From the NCBI GenBank assembly GCA_964016885.1, contig OZ024742.1:108376001-108440000 (forward strand): a DNA stretch of 64,000 bases, given 5' to 3'. Both the position numbers and the translations under genes were made by a program. This stretch comes from Eledone cirrhosa. Taxonomy: Eukaryota. This document shows, piece after piece, positions 53,301 through 64,000 of this stretch (positions are counted from its first letter, which is position 1; every line of letters begins with the position of its first letter). A model generated the notes under the pieces. The model had not been told where the DNA came from. It made no database searches and saw only the letters and a list, made by a program, of their open reading frames with translations.

Positions 53301-54144
53301 GAAAAAAAAAATATATATATATATAATGCATATATATATAATACAACTATATATATAAATATACATATATATATACATACACACACAAATATATCTATAT
53401 ATATGTATGTAGAGCGAGAGAGAGAGAGAGAGAGAGAGGGGTAGATAGATAACCCCTTTAAAATTTACACACATATACGCAATGCATTTCTCATTTCAAT
53501 CATGTTGCTACAAGTTCGCTTTCCAATCACAAGTTTCTGAGTTCTAACCCTATCTTTGTCTCTGTGAATAGTTGTTTCTCTAAAGTTTCTCATACTTTAA
53601 TAATGTATGTTATTTGTACATACATGCTGAATATTTCTGTAATTATATCTTATTAAAATATCATTCACATCTTTTATCACTTTCACGTGTCAGTAACCAA
53701 AAATTCTCTCTTATGCAGGTCATTAATTTATGAAGCCGCAAATTTTTCAGTTAGTATAATTGTTCGTATATCAGGTAATTTTGGAGTATATGGCAAAACA
53801 ATGCTGGATTTCAAAAATAAATAGGTTCAACCTGATTGCCCTCATTCCTTACGGCACAGGTCTACTACTGAATAAATACAAAACACTATTTCTTTCAAAT
53901 TTCATTGGGCATAAATCAACTTCTTTCAGCCTAACTTCAAGAGGCAAATCTTACCCCCCAATGGAATCCAGTCCATAACACTTTCGGGCAGCCAGGGACT
54001 TGTGAGGATCCCCATTCTGGCCTGTACAGTCACTAATAGTGCCACACTTTAATAGTGGAATTTCCATCCTCCATCAAAAGGCCTTACTACATTTCTGTTC
54101 TAGCAAAAAAGAAGAAGAAGAAGAAGAAGAAGAAGAAGAAGAAG

Positions 54145-54175
<31 letters not shown>

Positions 54176-54212
54176 GAATTAACTTCCGACTTAATCGTAT
54201 ATTAACTAATAA

Positions 54213-54380
54213 TTGTTTCTACTTTAGGCACAAGGCCAGCAATTACCCAGTGCATTACTGGTACTTTATTTTATCGACCCCGTAAGGATGAAAGGCAAAG
54301 TCAACCTCGGCGGGATTTGAACTCAGATCGTAAAGGGACGTAACTATGCTGGAAAGCATGGCGTCCGACCCTCTACCGAT
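54213..54380 (-). mobile_element. SINE family A
   Basis: Matches 49645-49830. Confidence 0.85.
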
Positions 54381-55609
54381 ATATTAACTAATAATAACTA
54401 AGACAGATGGGATTTGTAATATGTGAGAGTATTCCAGTTGATCCGATCAACGGAACAGCAGCTTGCTCGTGAAAGTAACGTGCATGAGGTTAAGCACTTC
54501 CCTAACATGTGCACACTTAACGTATTTCTCAGGGAGATTCAAGATTCAGCCGGTCATAGTGTGTAACAAAACTGTTTTTCTTTAAATTTCAGATACAGCT
54601 GAGTGGACTGGAGCAGCCTGAAATAAAGTATTGTGTTTTTTTTTATTACTGGATAAATGTATTTGTATTGTGTGCCTTAGGTAGTTGGGGCTTGTTGTTT
54701 TTATTTACTTTAATGTTGGCTAATGATATATAAAGGAAATGGAAACTATCTGTATCAAATTAAGAGTGGTATCCAGTATAACAACAGTCTTGTGGCTGAA
54801 ACTAGTAAAAGAATTTAAGAACAATTTTCTTATTGATCTTTTATATATGACGTAGGTATTTCGCTAGAGAGATAGATACTGACATTGAAGAATCTAATCA
54901 CAAACGCCAAGAATGAAAAGTAATTGTTTCCGGATTATAAGGAACATTTATCAGAGCTACCTGAAAATAAGTTAAATTTAATCTTCCTAAATTAAAATTG
55001 CCGTCATTTTCGACAGCCGTTTGTAAACACGTTGCCAACAGTTAAACCACCGGCAATTAAATTATCGACAGTCAAAATGGCGACAAGAGAAAATTCCTAC
55101 AAACGTCGTCAGTCAAGCTGTCGGCATTGAAAATCTCGACAGTTTTTATTTAGTAAAAATTTATTTTTAAATAATTCTTTTTCTAACTAAACCACTTTAT
55201 TAAATAGAAAGTTGCCAAAATTGTATATTTGATAAACAAAATAAAATCATAAGCGAGGATTATATGAAAAAATATACAAGATGTGTATGTATAACAAATA
55301 CACGTAAGTCTCACTACGAGATTATGATGTGTGAATCGAAGTATGTTAGTGATCTTTCTGAGTAAAACATGTTTAAAACTAAAGCTATATAGTGTAAACA
55401 AGGTGGTTTTAAAAAATAATTCGTTTTAAAATTAAAGCGAATTGTTACAACGAAACTTAAGAGGCATGACTTTAACCCTCTCAGTAATATATTTCTGATG
55501 AAATACACTGTCTGTGATTTTCAAGTCATTTTCAATATAATCAAGAATAACTTTCTCAAAAGTAAGCTGGGCACTGGAATATAAAAACAGTTTCTGACAT
55601 AGAATTATA

Positions 55610-55768
55610 ATTGTTTCTACTTTTGGCACAAGGCCAGAAATTACCCAGTGCATTACTGGTACTTTATTTTATCGACCCCGTAAGGATGAAAAGCAAAGTT
55701 AACCTCGGCGAGATTTGAACTCAGATCATGGCGTCCGACCCTCTATCGATACTGCCAATCCACCGCCT
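55610..55768 (-). mobile_element. SINE family A (internal deletion)
   Basis: Matches 49645-49830. Confidence 0.85.
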
Positions 55769-56110
55769 CACATAGAATTATATGGAAGGATTTTATATAT
55801 TTATAAACAGTTCAAAATAAACAGCTATGTGTTGTAGAACTAGGAGCAGTTTCAAGCAGATTGGTATCAAAGGAGTTAAGAAAAACACTGCCCTGAGACG
55901 TATAATTTGTGAGCACAATTCAATATCATTTATCCGTGTTACATCAACTTTTAAAAAATATGATTTAAGTGTTAGCGAGCTCTAATGTAGCTCCATAGCC
56001 TAGTGTTTAGGGTGTTGGACTCACGAACACATGCACGTTTACTGTCATGGAGTTGCCAAATATAACTATATATAAATTTGAGCGACTTCCGTCCGTCATA
56101 CAATGTGTGA

Positions 56111-56185
<75 letters not shown>

Positions 56186-57014
56186 TATGTGTCTGTAAAA
56201 GGAAGAAAGGGGATGGTGAAAAAACTATATCAAAACACCGGCTGACGTTCCATTTGCTATGTTATGTGTGAGTGTATCTGTATGTTTGTGTAAATATATG
56301 TGTGCGTGTTTGTGTGAATGTATGTTTGTGAGTGTGTATTTTTGTAAGTGTGTCTGTATTTGCGCGTTTATATTTATATACTCATACATACAAATGTATG
56401 CATGCACACACATATACACATATGCGTCAGCGTGTTGAAAAAAATTCTAGTATTAAAAAAGTCAAGCTGATCTCAGTCTGTCTGTCCGTCGCAACATATA
56501 TAAAGAAGGAGGAAGGAAGGATGGAATCAAAAGGGGAGAGGACCGCTGTCACAACATATATGTACGAGGGAAGAAGGGGAGGAGTAAAAATCGTTGTTGT
56601 TAAGAGAGGGTGTGTGTGTGAAAGGGAGGGAGATCGTTTACGACGTCAGAATGAAGGTGATGACGACAGACTTTAAAAAACGATTGTGTGCACGTCTGTC
56701 AGCACTTTCATTTCTATGGTGTCACTCTACCTCCATCTATCTATCACACATACTTACGCTCTCACCGTATTTTTCTCTCAACGACTACTTTTCACGCCTC
56801 TTGTTTACCCCCTCCTTCTACATAGATGTGTGAAAAGCTGTTGTTAAGAAAGAAATACAGTGAAAGAATGTGTGCGTGAAAAATAGATAGATAGCTTAAC
56901 GCGTAATGCAACAATACGGTAACCTCATAATAACAAAGGTAGGAACATGATTCATGATTCACAAATAGCGACGGGGTTTTACTACTTCTAATAAGACCGA
57001 ACTTGTATAGATCA

Positions 57015-57051
<37 letters not shown>

Positions 57052-57054
<3 letters not shown>

Positions 57055-57747
57055 TGGTAGAACACTGGAAGGTAATATCCATAGTGGTAAATCACTCAGT
57101 CCATGGGACGAGTTAGGTAGAAGTGGTTACACAACAGTTAGTTCACCATACCGAAAACAATTGTTTCACCTTAGCGGATCCTCAGCTCGTAATGGACATG
57201 GTTATACGGAACAGGAAGGACAACCGTACGAACGCGCATGCGCAGAAACCGCACTTCACACAGGCAATACTAAAAAGCGTGCGAAAGTCCGAAAAGTTTC
57301 TAGTTGATGAGAAAATTAGGATGTTGTGATTCAATCCGGAGCGTATGGCTTGGACTTAGTGATGGCTTTCCATTGAATGGAGTAGTCTATACTTGAGTCC
57401 TTGACGGACCATACGTGGCTCGCGAGTTTCGTGGATGAACGTCTGTCCGGGTACCTAAAGGTCGACTGGTGGTTCAGGAAGCGTTCCTTAAATCGGCCCT
57501 CCGCCATACCCACATAGGATTTGACCTCTTGTGGTTGATTTGGACGGTTGGAAGTGACCACAGCTTCATAAATTACAGCGGGTGTGTTGCATTGTTGTTG
57601 AAGGGGACAAGCTTCGGGCTTACGGCAAGAGCACCCTGGTGGGGTGTTGCTCTTAGGGCTGTTGGTGATGTGGGCCTTCATGTTCTTAGCGCAGTAGTAT
57701 CCTAGTTTTACTTTGTGTCGGTTAAAGATGGAGCGGTATCCACTTCT
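57052..57747 (-). mobile_element. Naiad-type PLE 3' fragment: GIY-YIG + pLTR, flanked by (TA)n
   Basis: CSCRKPEACPLQQQC..VIYEAVV..SYVGMAEGRFKERFLNH, with the hammerhead downstream. Confidence 0.85.
57152..57189 (-). ncRNA. Minimal type I hammerhead in PLE pLTR (truncated copy 46472-46504)
   Basis: Reverse complement: cgag-CTGAGGA-t-cc(gctaa)gg-t-GAA-acaattgt-T|ttcg. Confidence 0.7.
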
Positions 57748-58132
57748 ATATATATATATAGACCCCCAGTAGACAACTGATGAGGAAAACTCCTCCGCCC
57801 CCGTTCTAGCTTTCTTCGTATTCCCACTACATTTTAAGTTATATATATATATAAGTTTATCCCGGGTTCAATCGGGGGTAACCACAGTAAGTAAGGTACT
57901 CAATACATAGCAGAGTATAAATATTTAATATAGACATTTCTCCCGAATGAAACTGTTCTATCCGATAGAAGCCATTTCTATATTAAATATTTATACTCTA
58001 CTATGTATTGAGTACCTTACTTAGTGTGGTTTCCCCCGATTGAACCCAGGATAAACTTATATATATATATATATAACTTAAAATGTAGTGGGAATACGAA
58101 GAAAGCAAGACCGGGGAGGGGGGGGGGGGTTC

Positions 58133-58202
58133 TTCATCAGTGGTCTACTGGGGGTCTCGGATATTTCTACGCTTTAAAGACAATATATCTCGTACAGGGC
58201 GT
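58133..58202 (-). ncRNA. Non-circularly-permuted hammerhead, divergent family 1 member (partial mirror 57761-57784)
   Basis: Stem III is gatat/atatc and the pseudoknot helix is acgc/gcgt. Both are compensatory changes relative to other copies. Confidence 0.6.
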
Positions 58203-58280
58203 CAATAACTGGATAAGTTATTGGTAACCCGGGTTAAACTTATCTTTTAGCACTTTACTGTGCCCTCTTAACCATCATGT

Positions 58281-58326
58281 CTTCCTGATGATTTCTCCCG
58301 AATGAAACAGTTCTAGTTCTATAGAA
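58281..58326 (+). ncRNA. Type I hammerhead (family of 27386), stem III mismatch
   Basis: ttc-CTGATGA-tttc..gaat-GAAAcag..ctata-gaa. Confidence 0.55.
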
Positions 58327-59235
58327 TATATTTCTATATTATATATATGCGTGTGTGTATGTGTGTGCGTGTTTTTATTCGTGAAAATATGGTTGACTTA
58401 AAAACATTAGGGATATTTAAAATGTAGTTGTCCCAATGAAAATGACTATAATAGTTAATCACTATAAATCATAGTTAAGAAAATTGGGTAAAGTACCCTT
58501 GGTGACGGAAAAATTGGATAGAAATGTCTACTTTCTCTCTCAATTATTATTTATAGTGATCGACTATTGTTGTAGCCATGTACATTGGGATTATTACATT
58601 ACATATATATATATTATTCTACATTTTGTCTGAATACTTTCGATGGTACGGATATAGTTGTAAATAGATTATTTTATTCTTATTTAGATGTCACTGGATT
58701 TAGCTGAGTAACTATAGGAATCGACTGGTTGTCAAATAAGCCATATGTCTATGAGAATAGAAACCAAACCAACGTAAGATTAATGATTTTTAAATTCGTT
58801 GCTCATGAAATATTTCCATAAAATGCCATTTAAAATAAGTATATTGCTTTGTGATTTAATACTTTAACTCCCCAGTTAGACAAATAAGTGAAACATTCTT
58901 TACAAATCGATCCATTATGTTTTCTAACATTAAGGCTAATGCTAAGGATAAAATCCCAGATTTAATGGGTGAATATCTAAATATGTCATTTATAAAATAT
59001 TTTCAATCTTTGGACCCATTAGTTTTCATCAAGCAAAATTCACAATACTCCTCATATACGTGCAGTTCGTCTATTTGGAAGAGCTGCTACACTGCTCTTC
59101 GACCTGCTAAACATAGCAACTAAATGTCTACTGTTTTTTGCAGATGGAGCAAACAAAATATAGGTTCTTTCCAATATTTAAGGATATTCAAGTATCTATG
59201 CGACTGTAAAATCATTATTATGGCTACTCTTGTTA

Positions 59236-59447
59236 CGTTGGATTGGCAGTATCGGTAGAGGGTCGGACGCCATACTTTGCTGCATAGAGTTACGACACTT
59301 TATGATCTGAATTCAAATCCAACCGAGGTTCACTTTGCTTTTCATGCTTACGTGGTCGATAAAATAAAGTATCTGTCACGCACTGGGGTCGATTTAATCG
59401 ACTTTCCCCTCCTCAAAAATTGTTGGCCTTGTGCCTATATAAGAAAC
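59236..59447 (+). mobile_element. SINE family A
   Basis: TGGCAGTATCGG head and CTTTCATGCTTACGTGGTCGATAAAATAAAGT. Confidence 0.8.
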
Positions 59448-61272
59448 CATTATTATGGCTACTCTTATTATTTTTATTGATCTATTTGATCTTATTTTTC
59501 TTCTCCTCGTCTCTATTGCCGATTTATTGCTTATAGTTAAAAGCAGCCGAAAATTCGTTTTTTCTTTTGCCGCGTTTTTGCCTATAGTTAGAAGCAGCTG
59601 ACGAATCAACCTCCCTGTTAATGGTTTATTGCTCATAGTTAGAAGCAGCTAAGAACACGCCCGCCCTGTTAAATGTTATCGCTTATACTTAGAAGCAGTC
59701 GAGAATGCTAATCTCAAATTGTTTGCTTCAAAGAAAATATCGTTTTCGATTTCCACTAACATTCTCTATATTGCCAAATATCAATTATATCTAATTTCGT
59801 ATTCAGAAACCGATAAATATTTCATCCACTCGTAATATAGCGTCTAACATCTATTTATTTATCCCTGTTCTCCTGTGAAATTGTAGAATTTACTACAATT
59901 ATGAAATGCAAGATACAATATTCTCCAACTAAATCGAATTCAATACATTTATCAACGCTTTTGCAAATTTCTGCAGATAGGACAATAAATATCCGCCCGC
60001 CACCTCTTTCACATAGCATATTCTATTAATCTTCCCAATCAATTGGTTGTTTTCGACGACCGCGGGAATCAACATGTGAATTATAACTTGTAGGCACCAT
60101 CTATTTCCAATAACTATAATCGATCTTGAATATTAAGTTTAACAGTAAATGCAAAATATGAAATATAAAGAAACACGTAAAGCTTTGAAGACATTCCATA
60201 ATATGTTCATATCCATAGAGGATTTTAAAATCTTATTTTCATTTTTAGTGAATGCGCGCGACAGTGTTTAGAACGGTAGTGACACCGTCAGGTCGGTTCC
60301 CTGCGGCTCTTTGTAACCTCGAAGAAGACACTTTATTTTTACGCTGACCCATTCTAATTAGCTGGCAAAAATGAATAGCATTTGTATTACAAACGGCTAG
60401 TCTTGTCACATGCTGAATTTTTATGAGACCAATTAAGCTTACATGTGTCTATGGAATGTTCAGGATATTACAGAAACAGGCTGCCCCATTGTTCGAACAA
60501 CTAGAACTCTCATCATTAGAATCGACGGAGATCCAACAATAACATGTATCTGTGAAATACACAGTCACACTATAATGAAAAAGGAAGTGTACCTCTAATT
60601 CAAAAGCCTAGTCATGTCGCGCACTGTATCCTACTGAATCATTCCGAGAATTAAGTTAGGAGTGTACTAGTCTATGCAAAGCTTACAATTCACACGTTGG
60701 TCGAACATCTGGAACTCTCATATTTGAAAACAAAGGACATGCCAAACATTCATTTTCTAAATTTCAAGCGTTGTCTACACTTTTCCATTACCAGGGTTAC
60801 TTATCTCGACTTTTTCAACTATTATTTATAGTTATCAGCATTGTGACGACTATACTTTCAAATTTAAAATACATAATTATATTTACTTGTTTTCTTCGAT
60901 TATTACATTATTTAGTTATCCTTGGGATGATCGCGAAAAATACCAATAATGTATTGATGCTATTCTGTCTCTCACAAACGTTAATCTTACGCTTCAATAA
61001 AGAAACAATATTGGTTAATGCTGAATGGACACAGAGTCCAATGATTTAGAAGAAAAAAAAAAGATAATTATTTCTTTATGTCGACCAGCATTCACAGTCA
61101 CGTGAAATGCCCTCTGGGTTTTCTTTTTCTCGAAGAAAACCTATCTAGCACCATATTAGCCAATGTGTGTGAAAGCGCATGGCATAGTTGTTACGGTATT
61201 CGGCTTTCGATCTTCAGGTTATATCTTAGATTCCCGACAGTGTGTCGTGAATATGAGCAAGACATATTCTAT

Positions 61273-61463
61273 AATTGTTTCTACTTTTGGCACAAGGCCA
61301 GCAATTATGCCAGTGTATTACTGGTACTTTATTTTATCGACCCCGTAAGGATGAAAGGCAAAGTTAACCTCGATGGGATTTGAACTCAGACCATAAAGGG
61401 CCGTAACTCTTTGCCTCAAAGGATGGCGTCCGACCCTCTACCAACACTGCCAATCCACCACCC
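61273..61463 (-). mobile_element. SINE family A
   Basis: Matches 49645-49830. Confidence 0.85.
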
Positions 61464-61994
61464 TATATAATGTTGCCCCAGTACAATCAGTAGACAAAAA
61501 TAAATTGTACCAGTAACTAGAAGGACCAACTTTTTCACACAAGGTGAATCTCCTCTGAATCACGATGAATTGATCGAATCTACTGGAACACTCGTCATTG
61601 GAACCAGCGGAGATGCAACAACAACATCTAGGATATATGTTTCCTTTTCAAAGGAAGGGATGACTTCAAACAGTGTTAAATGCAATTTGTAACATTCTGA
61701 GTATTATATATATTAAATATTTTCTAGTCAACGCGTAAATGTGATTCACATGGTTTCTAGCATAGAATACATTATATACCATCACCGTGGGAACACGATC
61801 TAGGTTATCGCTACACGATCATGTTCCACGGGGAATAAATATTTAAGAGGCAGAATCGCATAAAGGTTTACCTAAAACAAACCAGTTTCAAATACGGAAT
61901 CAGATCTATTTTCTCGTCTGCATAATGCCAGGCTTAAGCTGCAACTTTCAAATGTCATTGGGGTTTACGAGATATTTTCAGTTTTATATGCGAA

Positions 61995-62145
61995 TGAACG
62001 TGGCTTAGTGGTTACGGGGTTCGGCTCAAGATCTTGAGGTCATGAGTCCGATTCCCGGCGGCGCGTTTTGTCATTGAGAAAGACATTTATTTCGTGTTGC
62101 TTCAATTCACTCAGGCTGCAAAATGAATAATACTTGTAATTCTAA
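61995..62145 (+). mobile_element. SINE family B, diverged
   Basis: TGGCTTAGTGG, GAGTCCGATTCC and GTCATTGAGAAAGACATTT. Confidence 0.7.
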
Positions 62146-62217
62146 GTCACGGGAAATAACAGATACAAGCGTAAACATAAACACGGAAACACACACACAT
62201 ATACATAACGCGCTAAA

Positions 62218-62269
<52 letters not shown>

Positions 62270-62292
62270 TATATTTATATATATATATATAT

Positions 62293-62327
<35 letters not shown>

Positions 62328-62362
62328 TATATTATATTTATATATATATATATATAATATAT

Positions 62363-62399
<37 letters not shown>

Positions 62400-62434
62400 G
62401 TTAAAAGAATAGAGGTGTAACACACAAGTTATTA

Positions 62435-62826
62435 TATATTGGTAAACGGAATAGAAAATGCTGACAAATTGTTCACAGTTGAAAAATGGTTTAATTAGGA
62501 ATAAAAGAGTATTAGTGATTGTATGGGTTAGTATTCAGTTGTGGTTTTAAGTTTTTAAGTTTTTACCGGTTGCGCATTTCTAAATGCTTTTCAAAAATAA
62601 TTTTGAGATAGAGTGTCCGTGCTGTTTGCTTTGATCTGAGCAAACAGCACGGACACTCTATCTCAAAATTATTTTTGAAAAGCATTTAGAAATGCGCAAC
62701 CGGTAAAAACTTAAAAACTTAAAACCACAACTGAATACTAACCCATTCAATCACTAATACTCTTTTATTCCTAATTAAACCATTTTTCAACTGTGAACAA
62801 TTTGTCAGCATTTTCTATTCCGTTTA

Positions 62827-62834
<8 letters not shown>
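62435..62834. repeat. Near-perfect fold-back (about 195-bp arms, 8-bp spacer)
   Basis: 62435-62630 is the reverse complement of 62639-62834, adjacent to (TA)n. Confidence 0.95.
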
Positions 62835-62877
<43 letters not shown>

Positions 62878-63027
62878 AATTTTGAGTATATGTTGGTTGT
62901 ATACCAACACCTCAGCATGCAGATTGGAGCACTCGACGAAGTGCGCAGGTTGGTCTGGTTACTCCGGAGTAATGTAAAATAAACTAAAATAAATAAGTCA
63001 AATATTTAAGATTTGGCTTCGATTATT

Positions 63028-63082
63028 ACTGCTATATATATTTCGGTGACAGCCATCTTTGGCTGTGACCTCATCAGGCAGT
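63028..63082 (-). ncRNA. Type I hammerhead
   Basis: Reverse complement: actgc-CTGATGA-ggt-c-acagcca(aaga)tggctgt-c-acc-GAAA-tatatat-A|gcagt. Confidence 0.75.
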
Positions 63083-63229
63083 CCGAATTAGTGTGGTAGA
63101 GACGAGTACACACGTTGTTGAGGTGTTTTACTTTGTCAATACTCTGATATGCCCTGTTCCTGGTTGGGTTGTTATTTCACTGAGGAACTGGAATCATGAA
63201 TTTAAACAAACGAATTTCAGCGTCAAAGG

Positions 63230-63660
63230 ACATCCTCTCCTCCCATTAGTCAGTTTTGAGAACATTCCTCGGTCAAAAGTCTATAGAAACTCGTTCTGAG
63301 GCGAGGCAATCTGTAGTGGTTGTTCTTGTTATTGTTAAGTACATCTGACCTCTACTTTTATGTTGGTAGTGGTGTTGGTATTGGAGTTAGCTCAAAAAAA
63401 TGATAAAGTGGTAGAAGGAATAAGATGGTAAAAGAACAAAATAAAATAAGATAATCAAATAAAATGTGTGTGTGTTATACCCAATCACAATGTTAGAAAG
63501 ATTTGTAAGGTCACTCCTCCCATTGGTCAGTTGTGAGAGCATTCCTCAGTCAAAAGTCTATAGAAATTCTTTCTGGGTGAGGCTACCTGTAGTGATTGTT
63601 TTTGTTATTGTTAAGTACATCTGACCTCTACCCTTATTTTGGTAGTAATGTTGGTGCTGC
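63230..63660. repeat. Diverged direct repeat, period about 280 bp, upstream of the 63028 hammerhead (probable PLE 3' region)
   Basis: ctcctcccatt(a/g)gtcagtt..gagaacattcctc..gtacatctgacctctac occurs twice. Confidence 0.7.
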
Positions 63661-64000
63661 GGTCAGCCTAGGTCTTGCTGCTGCTGACATTTAGAAGTAT
63701 CTGTGTGTGTTTCTTCATCCATTCCATCCTGCCACCATTTCTCGTGGTGGTGGGGGGCTGTGCAATGCATATGAAGAAATAGAAGGCAATAAAGTGAAGA
63801 AAACAGAAAATAAATAATAAATAGAAAATAAATGAAAAATAAATGAAAAATAAATGAAAAATGAAAAATGAAAAATGAAAAATGAAAAATGAAAAATGAA
63901 AAATGAAAAATAAAAATGAAAATTCAAATAAAATAAAATGTGTGTGTGCTATAACCAATCTCAAAATCAGAAATATGTTGGATAAAGTGGTAGGAGGAAC

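Noticed and set aside
62435-62834. Hammerhead inside the 62.4-kb fold-back
   Set aside because: Only GAAA followed by tgcgca is visible. No CTGANGA strand with a matching stem I was found.

Overview
This is AT-rich eukaryotic intergenic or intronic DNA saturated with (TA)n, (CA)n and (GA)n microsatellites. The SINE types and repeat landscape look cephalopod (Octopus-like), which is an inference. No intact host gene can be supported, and nearly all ORFs in the track are microsatellite or transposon artefacts. Mobile DNA includes a full-length Tx1/L1-type LINE with a probable TSD (5.3-11.1 kb), RTE LINE fragments, several Penelope-like (YRDD/Naiad-type) fragments, an internally deleted Helitron, a complete but decayed hAT (Buster/SPIN-like) transposon, two MITEs and two tRNA-SINE families. 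The main result is roughly 30 hammerhead-ribozyme-like motifs inside short (TA)n-flanked, often fold-back repeats. About 15 of them have the catalytic strands in a non-circularly-permuted order (NUH, then GAAA, then CUGANGA). Their four pseudoknotted helices show compensatory changes across copies and occur in two unrelated repeat families. One family forms a 756-nt head-to-tail, retrozyme-like unit. All structures were read by eye, and none has been computationally folded or tested.
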